Assembly: GCA_024679065.1 (NCBI GenBank)
Contig: JAGIQG010000004.1
Span: 62,558,001-62,622,000, forward strand
DNA from: Sphyrna mokarran
Taxonomy: Eukaryota
DNA length: 64,000 nucleotides
Direction of reading: 5' to 3'
Below the pieces are notes generated by a model. It ran no database searches. It had not been told where the DNA came from and saw only the letters and a list, made by a program, of their open reading frames with translations. Positions 37,290-50,867 of the stretch are shown in pieces; the first letter of the stretch is position 1, and every line of letters begins with the position of its first letter. The position numbers were made by a program, and so were the translations under genes.

Positions 37290-37760
37290 CAGATCAATAT
37301 TGGGGTGGTGGGGGAGGGCGTGGGGGAGGGGTGATGGAGAGAAATGGGACCGATTATTCTCTGGTGAGAGGGAGAGGAGGCAGGACAGATCCTTCTTTGT
37401 TGGATGGGGAGAGGAAAAATACCCCATCATGTCTGGTTGGGTGGTGGGGGGAGGGAGGCAGAGGGAAGCAGATTGTTGTCTGTGGAATGGGGGGGGGTGG
37501 AAAGGCACAGGGAGGCCAGATGTTATCTGGTGGTTGGGGAGGGAGAGGGCGGGGAAGGCCAGATTGTTGTGTGGTGAGGAGGAGGCAGGAGACCCGATCA
37601 TTCTCTGGTGGGCGAAGCCGGCGGGGGGGGGGGGTGAGATGGAACACGGTGGGGTTGGGCGTTGGCGGGCGGGAGGTTCCTCTGCTACTCTGCGGGCGGT
37701 CAGTGGGGGGAAGTGAGACAGAGGGCCGCCATCGGCCTGGTTGGGAGGGGGATGGGTAGA
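37290..37760 (+). repeat. G-rich degenerate tandem repeat in the Harbinger subterminal region
   Basis: Recurring gatcattctctggtggg-like unit between G runs; inverted units at 38900-39060. Confidence 0.6.
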
Positions 37761-38436
37761 TAACGGAGACAGTTATTTTGTTGCGTTCGGGGTAATTTCT
37801 GTGGGTGCCCACTTTCCACTACTGGGCCGCTTTGTCCGCTTTTTGCCGCCTTGGAAAGAGTGACAGGGACGTGCTTTTAATTTTTTTTCGCACTGCTCAT
37901 ACGCATTTCAAAGCTGCGACCCTTGCGTTTCTCACGTACTAAGCCCCGCTCGTGAGGCTTAGCTTTTCCCCCCAGTCGAAGTGCTAAAAGGGGCCGGGAA
38001 CAGATTCCCTACGGAGTGTAATTTTACCATTTTGATTCCACGTGCTGAATGCCAGTGCAATTCAGATCGGTACTGCTAAAGTGTTCTCAGGTGCCCCTAT
38101 AGCCACTTACCCTGAAAGAAAGTCGTGAGTCATAATTGTGCTGTGGATGGCGCTTATTGCTCCTAATCGCTGCAGCAAGGATGGGAACTTCGAAATGCAC
38201 AATGAGAAAACAATTTGAAAAATGTGTCCCTGTCACATCACATCAAGGCTGCAAAAAGCGGATAAAGCAGCCGGGGATCGAAAAGCGCGAACGATGGCCC
38301 CCACAGAGATCACCCTACCTCCACAGCATGGCTATCTCACATATCCACCCCACCCCCTCTACTACCCAATCGACCGTGACCCCCTACTGCCCTTCCATCT
38401 CCACCGATTGCTCACTGTCAGCAGATCCCTCCCAAC

Positions 38437-38875
38437 AAACAAAGATTAATATAGCACGGGAAGCAGGCCCTTCGGCCCAACGAGCCTGCGCCACCATTTT
38501 AACATTATGAGTGCCCTCCTTTACCTATGACCTTTGTCTACACCAATTGGGGAAGACTATTTCGGGGACAATTTGTTACACCAATCAGCCTAAGAGCACC
38601 TTTTTGGGGATATTAATGGAAACCGGGGCACCCTGAGAAAACCCATGCAATCATGGGGCGAATGTGCAAACTCCCGCAGACACGGGCCCAAACCTGCACA
38701 GCAAACAGTGATAGTCACTGAGCTATCATGTTGCCCATCAGCTGGCCCAGTTTAAGCGGACATTAACGACGTGAAGCACGAGACAACTCTCGAAGCAACA
38801 TTCAAGAGCAGCCCTCCACGATCCATCGCGTGTACGACCCTTGTTGGTCAACAATGTGGACCAAATCACCTGTGA
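38437..38875 (-). mobile_element. 3'UTR of the CR1 subfamily carrying a V-SINE core
   Basis: Colinear with 30103-30570. Confidence 0.75.
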
Positions 38876-40119
38876 AGTAAAAAAAAAAAGACATCAGTAA
38901 ACATGCCTACCTGACAGCCGCCCCCACCCCTCCCCTTCACCCGCAGAGATCCATCTGGCCCCCCTCCCACAAGAGAATGATCGGGCATCGCCCTCACCAG
39001 AGAATGATTGGGCCTCCCCCCACCAGATGATTTGGCCTTCCCGCACCAAAACATTCTGATGTGGATATATGCCCCTTTCTTCCATCATCTTGTGTAAAAT
39101 TCTTGGAAAACCCTGTCACCAAGTGTTCCAGATGTTATGTGCAGCGCCGCAGTTCAAAGACATTTTCTGCACGGTATTAAGCTCAGTTGAGGGTGGACAT
39201 TAAAGTCTGCTCTTGCCAGCGATATTGTTTTGCCATTAAAGCCATGCACTGGTAACAATGGCTTTGGATATAAACACAGGCGCACACAAAGAAAACAACT
39301 TCACAAAGGAAGGGAGACGCAGGTAGACATATGAGGTCTGATCTTACCATTTTCATTCTAGGTGCTGAATGTGGGCATAACACAGATCCAACTTAGAAAT
39401 CTTCTTTCAGTTGCTCCTGCACACTCTCAGCCATTTCCAGTCGCATTCACACTGTGGGCGTAGAGTCGAGTGGCCGAAACAATCGGAGCTCTGAACTGCA
39501 CATGCATAGTTAGAAAAACAGTGAAAAAGCGTGCCTGTGCACATCACTCCCGGGATGGATAATGCCTTCCCCTAACCCCACAAACAGTACCCCACCCAAA
39601 CAGCATCACAGACCAACTTATGCTCCCACCTTCCACCACCCAGAACAATTGAGAATCTCTTCCACTTCCCTCCACCTATCTCAGCCAGAGTGGCGTCAGA
39701 CTCTCTCCCTTCCCTCACTAACCTGAGGCAGAGAGATTCTCCCCGCCTACCCTACAGATATCAGGCAGAATGATCCTCCCTACTCCCAGCTCGGACCCTC
39801 TTGCAGAAGGCCCCATCCCACCTACACTCCGATGGTTGCGTGACACCTCACTTCGCTTCCTTGTCACTAATCATTGAGGCGCTCATCCACCACCACCACC
39901 ATTCCCTCGCCCCCGCCTCCCCAGCCACACATCTGCAAGTGCTCACTTTCTTCCCCCTTATACTAACAAACAAACTGTATGGAATTTGCTGGAATGTTCT
40001 GTCAATTTGCCTACAGCTGATTTGTCCTAAGGAACAGCAGCTCCATGGAAAACTCTTGAATGGACAGGCAGACTGGGCAAGACAATGCGCGCACCTCCAG
40101 CGACCCCCCCTCCCACAGC

Positions 40120-40370
40120 CCCCAATTTAATGATGACGACTTGGGGAGATTTTTGGGTGCAGCTGAATTGAAGTGGGTCACCCTCTTACTCCATGGAGGA
40201 TGCAGTGTCGGGGCCGTGGGGGGCGGGGTGGGGGGAGGCTGCGTATGGTAGGGTGCTGATGGCCATGCAGCCTGAGAGGCAGTCGCCACCTTGGTCAGTG
40301 CAGGGCACTGGCTCGCGGAACCGTAAGGCAGTGCTGCAAAACAAATCAGCGACACCATCCATGCAGCAAG
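40120..40370 (+). pseudogene. Harbinger Myb/SANT-like DNA-binding gene relic
   Basis: QFNDDDLGRFLGAA..., A*EAVATLVSA and TVRQCCKT (cf. F...E...L, WEAVA..V, RT..QCRKK). Confidence 0.65.
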
Positions 40371-41486
40371 GGTGAATGCTAAACCCCATTCACATGCTCC
40401 CTCATATTCCCTCAGATCTTCCTGTTCTCAGCACGTTGCATGCTTCTGACCCCCCGGCACCTCCTTCCTTCCTCCCCCCACCCCCCCATAATCCCACTGG
40501 ATTTGCTGTCTGAGGGACACTACGTGATTCTCTGCATGAGTCATGTCACCATTTATTTCATCGTTCCTTCTATCTCCACAGAAGAAGACCGAACACAGCA
40601 CTCATGAGAGGGTGAAGGCAGGGAATGGTGAGTAAGAGTCCAGGCCCTCATCCTCGTCGAGCAGCGGGCGCTGGGGCTCACCAGAGAAGGGGAGACAAGG
40701 GCTGTCAGTGTACGCACGGCTGGTCTGCTGTCCAGATGTTGGCACCTGTCATTTGTATACTCACTTCAAGCCAATTTCTTAGTGTCATGAGTTTCGGTTG
40801 CAAAGGGCAATGTGTAAGGGCGATGTATGGGGCATTTTATTTGCATTGAGAGAATAGTGGGTGCCTGGAACTCATTGTCCTAGGGGGTCGTGGAAGCAGA
40901 ATCTATAGGGAGAATTAAAGGACATCTCTACAGATATCTGAGAGGGATGGCAACAGAGGCAGATGGGAACAAACAAATCAGATGGACAGCCTAATCAATA
41001 TAGGGTTGGAGGGCTAAAGGGCCTGTTTCTATGATGTAATTGTCTGGCTTCAGTGTTATATGTTCAAAGGAGCCATGTATACATGTATTTGGCATCCCAG
41101 ACTCCTCTCCCTCCTTTGCACATAACCTCATGTCCCATGTTTCAGGGCCACATCCTGATACTCGAGAGCCTTCTGGACTGCAGGCCCTCGTTACAGGTCT
41201 CATTATCCTAGGAACAATAGCACGGCTTGTCCTCGGTGGGGACCGCTGAGAATGGCACCATTCATCCGTCAACTTCTACCTCATGGCGTCTGCGTCTGGG
41301 GCAGGGTATCCACACCATGGGTGGCAGGCTCCAAGAAATGGCCGGTTCTCAGCAGGTCACAGCAGAGAGATTGGGGAGGCTTCTTGAGATTCTGCGGCCC
41401 ATGGCTGAGAGGCTTGAGACCTTGCAAGAGACCCAGGGGGACAGCAGTAAGAAATATCAGGCAATGCCAGCAACCCTTGAAAAGGT

Positions 41487-41590
41487 GACCCAGTCTCAGA
41501 GTGCTACGGCTGAGGGCTTGCAAAGCATGGCCCAGTCTCAGAGGGTTACGGCTGAGGGCCTGCAGTAAATGGCCCAGTCTCAGAGGGCCA
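41487..41590 (+). repeat. 42-bp (14-aa) tandem repeat, about 2.5 copies
   Basis: cccagtctcagag..tacggctgagggc.tgca; TQSQSATAEGLQSM / AQSQRVTAEGLQ. Confidence 0.75.
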
Positions 41591-42639
41591 TTGACAGAGG
41601 GCCCATGACTCCAGTGGCCACTGTGGAGGATTCGACCACCATGAAGAAGATATAAGTGGTCCTCCAGGACTGCTAGTGCCAAGTGATACCAGACATTCTG
41701 GAGCTCACTGCAGAAGCACCAATGTCCCATGGAATGACCCAGGGGCCAAAAGGGACCCCACGGGAGGAGGAAGGGTGCAAGGCCATGCTGGGGCCTTCCA
41801 GCCTGGAGACTGTGGCTGTGGCAACACCTTCTGATTCCCCCCTTCCTGACACTGGGTCATCTCAGGAGTAGTGAAATGAAAAGGATGCTATGGAAATATC
41901 CCAGACATCCTCAATGTCCAGAGTCTCCAGAGGACACCCGCCATGAGCATCACAGGCGACGGAGTAAGGTCGGCAACTGGCCCCTCTCCACCTTTGATGT
42001 ACATTCTGAAGAGTCACTGAGGCGTAGTGTTCGGCAGCCTAAGGTTAGGGAGTTGTAGTTGCACTGAGATGGCACGGCTGAAGAGCTGCACTAGTATGAA
42101 AGGACTGTCGGTACTTCAGTGTTTTCTTTTCACAGGTTTCTGTGTTTCACCTGCTGAATGTCTTTATTGTAAATAAATATTGATTATTTTTTCTCTTCAA
42201 CGACCTGCAAATAAATTGTTTTGAATAGGATTTCTGCCTCATTGACAATCACCCGATGGGCACCTAATGGGAGTGACGCCTCAAAATGGTGTCACTGAGA
42301 AAAGGAAACCACTGGTCTATCATACCCAATGAATGATCACCTCCCGCACCAAAGCCACTCGCCCTTTTTTGGGGAGTTTCGGAGTCCTTACCAACTAGAC
42401 AGGTGTGGGCCCAGATCCTGGTGTGCATGTGGATCTCAAGCTTCAGTCAGACTGGTTTGTACCAGGATATCATCAGATTTGTGGTTTGTGAGTCGTCATC
42501 ACCCTCCTGCCTGGGGAAAAAAAAAACTCGTGAACATAGAGTACCCAGGCCCAACAGCCTGGTGTGACAATGTGCAGGATAAATGGAAGGCATTTTTGGG
42601 GGTGTGGACATGGAGGGAATAGAACTCACAATCACTATC

Positions 42640-43810
42640 CCCAAGAAACTGAACTGCTTGGTTATCCGAGCCTCCCTAGTCACCCTTACATGCCTCAGCT
42701 GAGATGCCAGCCATCTGCTACTTGGCTGGTGTTCCAAGGTGTTCTCACCCTCCTTTTCCTCCTCCTTTTCCTCCTCATCCTGCTGGTCATCCTTTCCAGT
42801 GACGTCCAGCTGGTCATCCTCCACATCCTCTTCCTCTTCCAAGAGGTCACCTTGCTGCAGTCAGATTATACAAAGCACAGCAAATCACCACTATGTGGGA
42901 GATCAGAGGGCTGCACTGGCGGTTCACTCCAGATCAGTCCAGGCACCAAAATCGCATCTTGAGGAGCCCAATGTACCTCTCTACTGTCGCCTTAGTGGCT
43001 ACATGGACCTCATTGTAGTGGGTCTCCGCCTCAGTTACAGGTCTTTGCATTGGCATCATCAGCTACGCCTGACGTGGGTAACCATATAACCCAGGAGCGA
43101 CCTATGCAGACTGGAATCCTTCTCAAATGTTTACGGGATGTCGGAGCTCCTCACAATGAAGCTGTCATACATGCTTCCTGGATGTCTGGTGCCGATGTGC
43201 ATGATGGTCATGTTGTGGTCACACGCAATTCGTATATTCGGGGAGTGGAACGCCTTCCTATTACCAAATCATTGTGGATTCAGTAGGGGGGCCGTGAGGG
43301 TGACATGAGTGCAGTCGACCAGCCCCTGCATATTCAGCATCCCCACAATTGCAACAAAGTCCACAGTTTCTTAATGGACCTGGTTTAGCTTGAATTTGAC
43401 GTACTGCCCAGCCAGGCATACAGTGCTTCAGCGACCGGCTTGACGCAGGCGTGAACTGAAGACTGGGAGATGCCACAGATGTCTTGCTCGGGCTCTGGAA
43501 GGAGCGAGTTGCATTGAAGTTCAGAACAGAGTTAATCTGACCACCGCGGAGAGTGGGTGCCCCTCCCCACCCCTTGGTGCCAGGTCCTGTAACAGATTGC
43601 ACAGGTGTCGCCTTTTCAGAATCAGAGACATCGGCGGCATATGGTGTCTGAAAGCGCCTCAAAAGACACTCGTGCATGGAACTGCCGGGGTTTCTGCTTC
43701 CTCCTTCTCCTATGACCCCGCTCTCCTGCCTCTGACAATCGTCTCCCTCCGATCCTCCAGGTGGAGTAGCCTGGGACTCCTGGGCCTGCAATTCTTCCTC
43801 CATGTCCTCC
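42640..43810 (-). pseudogene. Harbinger (HARBI1-like) DDE transposase relic
   Basis: VLNFNATRSFQS (cf. ALNFYATGSFQ), frameshifted downstream; acidic C-terminal tail EEEEDVEDD. Confidence 0.7.
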
Positions 43811-44009
43811 TCCATGGCTCCAGCAGCAACCAAGAGTTCGATTGGTTGCATTGCAAATGTCATCTCGTCACTCTGAAAAGCGGTGTTGGAGGGGGTGTTG
43901 GTGGGGGAGGTAGGTTGGCAGAAGGTGGACGTGGACAAATGTGGAAGTTATGCAACGCTGTTTGCCTCTCACACGTCGGAAATCTCAGCCTTCCGTGCCC
44001 CCCAATCCT

Positions 44010-44215
44010 CTCAGCCACATGAACCATGGAATCACAGCCCGCATGCCCACCGACCTCCTTAGCCACATGCTCCACACAATCACAGTCTCCCAATGCTCCT
44101 CACTCACCCCAGCCACATGCTCCACACAATCACAACTCCCGCCCCTCTGCCCCGCCCCTCCCGCGAAAAGTTCCATGCCTGCAATACCCCCAGCCACATG
44201 ATTCTCACAATAACA
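44010..44215 (+). repeat. About 50-bp minisatellite, 3-4 degenerate copies
   Basis: agccacatgctccacacaatcaca repeated. Confidence 0.7.
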
Positions 44216-44828
44216 GCCGCTGGTAAATTTGGGGAGCTGCAGCCGTGCTGTCTGCAAGGGCTCTGTGCACATCCTTTAGCCTGAAATGTTCTGTGGTGCT
44301 GGGTCCAACAACAATGCAAGACCCCAGGTGTTTGCTGAGACCAGGGTCGGTGTTGCAGAAAGAACATTGGAGATTGTGCACAACAACAGCTCTCCCCCTC
44401 CCCCCAAATACTCGCAGAGCTTCCACGGACCTGGGACAGCGAAATGGTCACAAAATAGGAAACCAGTGAGCAGCTGGGAGCCTGTGGAAGTCATGCACTT
44501 TCCTCCTCGTCCACCCTAGCTGTTGAAGCGCCTGATTCAGACTTTTATTCAGCAGTCGATTACGGAACGGTTCCCGATTGGTAAAGACGGTGGTAAAGTG
44601 GGGAATGGTGGTAAAGTTGGGTGGAAGTTCATTGATTCAATTGAAATACATGCAAATGCATTTAAATCGCCATTGTACCCGTTTTAGGCGCGAAGTAGAT
44701 CGCCACTATTCCCGGTTTTCAGTAAAATGGCAATTTGCGCGGACTTGGGTACAGATAATGATAATGGCCTTTCACCCAAATTTACCATATTTTCGTGCCA
44801 GAAAACCGGCGCGCGGAAATGACAAAAT

Positions 44829-46030
44829 AGTTCATGATGAATAATTTCCATCCATCACTACCCTCCGTCTTCTATTAGCTAGCCAATTCCTGATCCAATT
44901 TGCTAAATCACCCTCAATCCCATACATCTGCATTTTCTGCAGAAGCCTTCCATGGGACACCTTATCGAACGCCTTACTAAAGTCCATATATACCACGTCA
45001 ACTGCCTTACCCCCATCCACCTCTTTGGTCACTTTTTCAAAAAACTCAATAAGGTTAATAAGGCACGACCTACCCTTCACAAAACCATGCTGACTATCCC
45101 CAATCAATTCATTTCTCTCTAAATAACTATAAATCCTATTCCTAATAATTCTTTCCAATACTTTGCCCACAACAGAAGTAAGACTCATCGGCCTATAATT
45201 CCCAGGAAAGTCTCTATTCCCCTTCTTGAACAATGGGACCTTCCATTGGGACGGTCCAATGGACCCTTTTCCTTCCTAAATGTTGATACGCCCAGATATT
45301 CAGTTCCCAGTCCCAGTCACTCTGCAACAACTTTTCCGTAATAGCCACTAGCTCATACCCATTTGTTTCGAATGCTTCGTGCATTCAGGTAAAGTGTCTT
45401 TATACCAGCCTTTATTTGGACCTTATTTGTAGAAAAACTACTAACCTCTCCCGTGTCTATACTCTTTTAATTAGTGGAACATCCTCAACATTAACTTGCA
45501 CTCGTACCCTCTTCTTCAGGTTTTATTATTTCCCCTAGGCCTACACCTCCCATTCCTCCACTAATTAGTTTAAAGCCCTATCTACAATCCTAGTTATACG
45601 ATTGGCCAGGACGCTGGTCCCAGCACGATTCAGACGAAGACTGTCCCATCTCAACAGGTCCCATCTGCCCCAATACTGGTGCCAAAGCCCCCAAAATTCG
45701 AACCCATTCTTTCCACACCAATCCTTGAGCCACGCATTCATCTCCTTAATCCTATTTACCCTGCGCCAATTTGCGCCTGGTTCAGATAGTAATCCAAAGA
45801 TAAGCACCTTGTCGGTTCTGCTTTTTAATTTCGTTCCCAGCTTTTCATACTCCCTCTGCAGCTCCTTAGTTCTTATTTTGCCTACGTCATCGGCACTACT
45901 TGAACAACGGCAACTCGAGTCTTACACTCCCACTCCTGGTTCCTTTGCAGCCCAGATGAGGTATCCTGGACCCGAGAACCAGGCAAGTAATACAACCTTC
46001 GGGATTTTTTATCCTTGTCACAAAGGACAG
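44829..46030 (-). mobile_element. Internally deleted CR1: ORF1 esterase end plus ORF2 pieces
   Basis: MNAWLKDWCGKNGF...WDSLRLNRAG (SGNH/GDSL ORF1); FKKGNRDFPGNYRPMSLTS...DFSKAFDKV. Confidence 0.88.
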
Positions 46031-46094
46031 TGTCCTATTGCTGTGTCTCTGGAGGAATTATTGTTGCCTGGATGAATGATTTTTTTTTATAATT

Positions 46095-46470
46095 TACTGC
46101 ATTCTTAAATTTAGAAATCCATTACGCAAAATTGGGTCGTTCTAAACAAATTCAAATTGAATCCAAATTCATGGTCCACGCAAGAGAGCTATGCATGTTT
46201 GAAGCTGAAAGGAAAGGAATTGCAGCTGATCTTGGGCTTGATCTGACGCTTGATCTTGACTGAAAGGTCGAAACATTATGGACGGTGTCGATCTGCTTGT
46301 GATTGAGGCGTTGATGCGGACAAATATTTCCGCGGTCGTCGAAGCCATGCTGCTAATGAAAAGCTGCCACTCTGTTGAATATTTGTTACTGTTGGTGACC
46401 GATCACCTTTGCTGGCGATTGTATGAATGATTGAGTAATGGAGTTCTTAATGTTACTGGTCACAAAATGA
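46095..46470 (-). pseudogene. Possible highly degenerate V-set exon
   Basis: Acceptor tctctttgtctcaag; TQSFIQSPAKV..., FLSASNM..., ILRNGFLNL across frames; no cysteines retained. Confidence 0.25.
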
Positions 46471-46629
46471 TTGCGCTTGAGACAAAGAGACAGATGGATA
46501 TAACTCAGGTATTGTGCCCATAACTGAACAATGCTGGAATTTAACTAAATATAATTACAATTTTGCTTGTACAATGATGCTTGCGATTAATTTTTGTTGT
46601 ATGTAATATGTTAGATAACTGGTTGATGC

Positions 46630-46915
46630 AGATGCAGTGGTATAATGGCACAATCCCTGGATTACCCTGGATAACGCTCCAGAATTCGAAATCCATCATG
46701 GTTTATTGAGAAATTTGAATTCAGTAATAATCAAAGTCTAACGATAACCATGAGAGCGTTGTCGACTGATGGAAAACTGTCACTCTTCCCTGGTTTGCAA
46801 GTAACTACAGACCCAAGCAATGTGGCTGATTTGTAAATGCTCACAGAAATGGCGTGGCAACCATTCACTTGAAGGGCAATTAGGGAGCCAGCAGCGTTCA
46901 CATTTCCGCAACGAA
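46630..46915 (+). mobile_element. Deu-domain (SacSINE1-like) SINE relic
   Basis: gcagtggtataatg head, gaaatttgaattca, cagacccaagcaatgtgg, aagggcaattaggga tail. Confidence 0.6.
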
Positions 46916-47177
46916 TGGGAACTGCTGGTTTCTAACTAAAGGCTGACGGTACTTGTGCGGGTGAATGTTTGAGAATGATGGTGAGGAGTTACTGAATCAT
47001 GACTGTATTAAGAATGGGACATGGCAAAAAATTCACAAGTTATAGCATAAACACAAAATCAGGGAATGAATACTTGGGGCAGCTGTACTAATTAATGATA
47101 AATGTTTAGTATTACTAAAACGATTAATCAGCACCTTCACAAGAACACTAAATGTAAAGGGAAATCAATTTTAAAAA

Positions 47178-48905
47178 ACATAGAAATTAGAATCAGGAGT
47201 AGGTCATTCGGCCCTTCAAGCCTGCTCCGCCATTCGTTTTGATCATAGCTAATAATCGATTTAAGTATCCCGTGATCCCTTTAGCCCCCGAGAGCTCTAT
47301 CTAATTTCTTGTTGAAATAAGACAACGTTTCGGTCTCAATTACTTTCTGTGGTAATGGATTTCACAGATATAGCAACCTCGAGCAGAAGAAATTTGTTTT
47401 CACCTCAGTAGTTCTAAAAGGTTTACTCCTTGTTCTCAAGCTATGACCCCTAGTTCTGCCCCCACCGCCACCCCGCCCCCCCGGCCACCATTGGGGACAT
47501 TCATTGTGTATCTACTCTGTTTAACCATGCTCGATTTTTTAACGTTCAATGCGTTCTCCTCTCGCTCTTCTAAACTCCTCCGAAAAAAAATCCTAACACC
47601 TTAGTCTCCCCTCAAATGACAGACCTGCCAACCCAGGAATCAGTCTGATAAAGCTTTGCTGTACTCCATCTATAGCCAACCTTTTTCAGGTAAGGACATC
47701 AAAACGCCACACGTTACTCCAGGTGTGGCTTCACTAACGTTCTATAAAATTGAACAAAACATATTTACTCCTATACTCAAACCCTTTCACCATGAATTAC
47801 TTGTCCAACAAAATTTGCCTTCTTTAATGCCTGCTATATCTCCTTCTTTTGAGCGACTGATGCACGAAGACACCAAGCCTTGTTGGATATTCAGCTCTCT
47901 TATTTTATACCCTTTCAAGTAATAACTTGTCTTCCTGTTATTGCTACCAAAGTGGATAACCTCACATGTATCTATATTACACATATGCTCACACACTCAG
48001 CCTACCCACATTACACTGAAACATCAGTGCATCCATCTCATAGCTCACTCTCCTATCCAACTTCGTTTTATTTTCAAATTTGGAGATAAGACAGTCATTT
48101 CCCTCCAAATCATTAATGTATGATGTTAGCTGTTGGGACCTGAGCACAGTTGCTCGCAGAAGCTCACTAGTTACTGACTGACAATCAGAAGAAAACCAAA
48201 TTATGACAACTCTTAGCTTCCTATGGATGAACCAGCTTTTTATCTACCTGAAGTCATTACCTGCAATCCTATGTGTGTTAACTTTACATTGTAGTCTGTT
48301 ATGTGAGTCCTTATTAAAAGCCTTCTGAAATTCTACATACACCAGATCTACTGACTCCCTTTGGCCAACTCTACTAGTTGCATTCTCATAGAATTTCAAC
48401 AGACAGGAATAAACGATTTCTGGACTTCAACTGTTTTTTCTTTAAATGCCTGCCATTGTCTATCCACTATCTTTCCTTCCAATAATGTTTCCCAGTCCAT
48501 CATGGCCAGTTCATGTTTTATACTGTCATAGTTACTTTTACTGAGCTTTAGGACCTTGGTCTCAAAAGCAAATACTTTACTATCCACAAAGAATTACTAT
48601 TGGCAAAGAATTCTAATATATGATGGTCACTTGCCCCCAACGGTTCTCTCACAACTAGATTGCCACCCATTCCTTTCTCATAACACAACTTCTAGTTACT
48701 TTTTTTGATTTCTCAATCCATTGCTAAAGCAAATCATTCCTAATGTATCCCAGAAATTCCTCCTCAGTTGGACTGTAATGAATTTAAGTCTCCCACAGAT
48801 TAATCACAGATGGTCCTTTAACACATGCATCTCTAATTTCCTGCCCAATGCTTTTCCCAACATTATCATTCCAGTTTGGTGGTCTGTACACCGCCCTCCA
48901 TCAAT
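47178..48905 (-). mobile_element. Older CR1 with internal deletions
   Basis: catagaaattagaatcaggagtagg..ttcggccc 3' end; CEVIHFG; endonuclease-region remnants. Confidence 0.75.
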
Positions 48906-49378
48906 TTATACTGCACGAAGTGAAAGTGCTGAGTTGTTGCCAATGGTCTCTGATTGTTAGCGGCGTTGCCTGGGATAAGAAAAAAAAGCTTCAGCAGTTT
49001 ACTGCAATTAAGAAAGTAACTGGTGCATTTTGCAATGTGTATCCATTCTTACCAACTCACCTAGGATCTCATATGACTTCATCTTCTGTATTAACCTGCC
49101 GTTAGGAACCTTATCGAAGGCTTTACTGAAATCCATATATGCAACATCAATTGCCCTGTCCTGTCATTCATTGCCACTTCCTCAAATAATTCAATCAAGT
49201 TTATGAGACATGATATACCCTTCATAAAACCAAGATTCCAAACTCTAATAAGCCCATTCAGTGCCAGATGTGAGCACATCTTATCCTGAAGAGCTTTCTC
49301 CAAAAATTTCCTCACTACTGACATATGGCTCACAGACCAGTAGATTCCCTGACTGTCTCTTTTGCAATTTTTAAACAT

Positions 49379-50790
49379 TGTTTGACAAGGTTCCTCATGG
49401 TAGACTGATAGAGAAGGTGAAGGCGCATGGGATACAGGGTCGGGTATGTAGATGGGTCGAGAACTGGCTCGGGAGGAGGAGACAGAGGGTAGTAGTGGAA
49501 GGCTCTTTTTCCGGCTGGAAGCCTGTCACTAGTGGAGTGCCATAAGGCTCAGTACTAGGTCCTCTTCCATTTGTGGTCTACATAAACGACTTGGAAGTAG
49601 GGGTAGGTGGTGAGATCAGCAAATTTGTGATGACACCAAGATGCTTGGATTGGCGGGTACAGAAGAGCAGTGTCAGGCAATACAACAGGACATAGACAGG
49701 TTGGTAGACTGGGCAGATAGATGGCAAATGGAATTTAATCCGGATAAATGCGAGGTGATGCATTTTGGCCGGAAAAATGTAGAAGAGAGTTATAGGATAA
49801 AAGGTAAAACTATACGGAGCATAGAGACGCAGAGAGACTTGGGGGTGCAGGTTCACAAGTCTCTGAAGGTGTCCTCACAGGTGGAGAAGGTGATAAAGAA
49901 GGCGTATAGTATGTTAGCTTTCATAGAAAAGGGTATAGAATACAAGAGTAGGAGTTTGATGTTGCAGTTGTATAGAACTTTGGTTAGGCCTCACTTGGAA
50001 TACTGCGTCCAGTTCTGGTCGCCGTACTATCGGAAGGATGTGGAGTCCTTGGAGAGAGTGCAGAGGAGGTTTACCAGGATGCTGCCTGGTATGGAAGGAC
50101 TGTCTTATGAGGAACGATTAGATAGACTGGGGTTGTTTTCCCTTGAAAGACGTCGGCTTAGAGGGGATCTCATAGAGGTGTATAAGATTATAAGGGGTAT
50201 AGATAGAGTAAATGGAGGTAAACTTTTTCCGCCTTTAGAAATGGATAGGACGAGAGGTCATGGCCATAGGGTGAGGGGGGCTATGTATAGGACGAATATT
50301 AGAGGGCAGTTTTTCACACAAAGGGTAGTGGGGGTGTGGAATGCATTGCCGAGTAAGGTGGTGGGAGCAGGCACGATGGGACTGTTTAAGGGTCTCTTGG
50401 ACAGCCACATGAGCGGTATGCAGATAGAGGGATATATTAGGACTGTTTAACTACGGCTTTTTCCACAGGTAATTCGGTCCATACTTGACCAACATTGAGC
50501 ATGCATTCGGCAGGTGGTGCGGGTACAGCTCTTGGATGTTGATTCATGGGTTGCCTGGTACCTCATGTCGTAAATGAGTGCTTTATGTGGACCATCTGAA
50601 GGGCACCATGACAGCTCAGAGACTATCGATGTGGCTGTGCAGACACTTGGAATTGGGCCGGTGTCTGCGGGAGTTTGCGCGTTCTCCCCGTGGTTGCGTG
50701 GGTTTTCTCCGGGCACTCCGGTTTCCTCCCACAACCCAAAAATTCGCTCTTAGGCTGATTGGGAAACAAATTGTCCCTATAGTGAGAATT
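49379..50790 (+). mobile_element. Young CR1, RT half plus 3'UTR with V-SINE core
   Basis: ORF 49641-50450; gggagtttgcgcgttctccccgtggttgcgtgggttttctccgggcactccggtttcctcccaca at about 50668-50733. Confidence 0.9.
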
Positions 50791-50867
50791 TTCCATATTA
50801 GGGATAATATATATATTATTATATAGGAATAATATAATAGGATAATGGATTTGCTACTATATAGTTA

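Larger units (their letters stand above)
36942..44828. mobile_element. Decayed PIF/Harbinger DNA transposon (possibly composite)
   Basis: About 250-bp imperfect inverted termini (gcgatttaaaataatttgcatgc at 37100 vs catgcaaatgcatttaaatcgc at 44649); convergent Myb/SANT and transposase relics. Confidence 0.78.

Noticed and set aside
37104-37812. Overlapping long ORFs on both strands
   Set aside because: G-rich low-complexity repeat lacking stop codons; no protein motif
42447-42842. Acidic ORF MEEEEDVEDD
   Set aside because: Tail of the Harbinger transposase relic, not an independent gene
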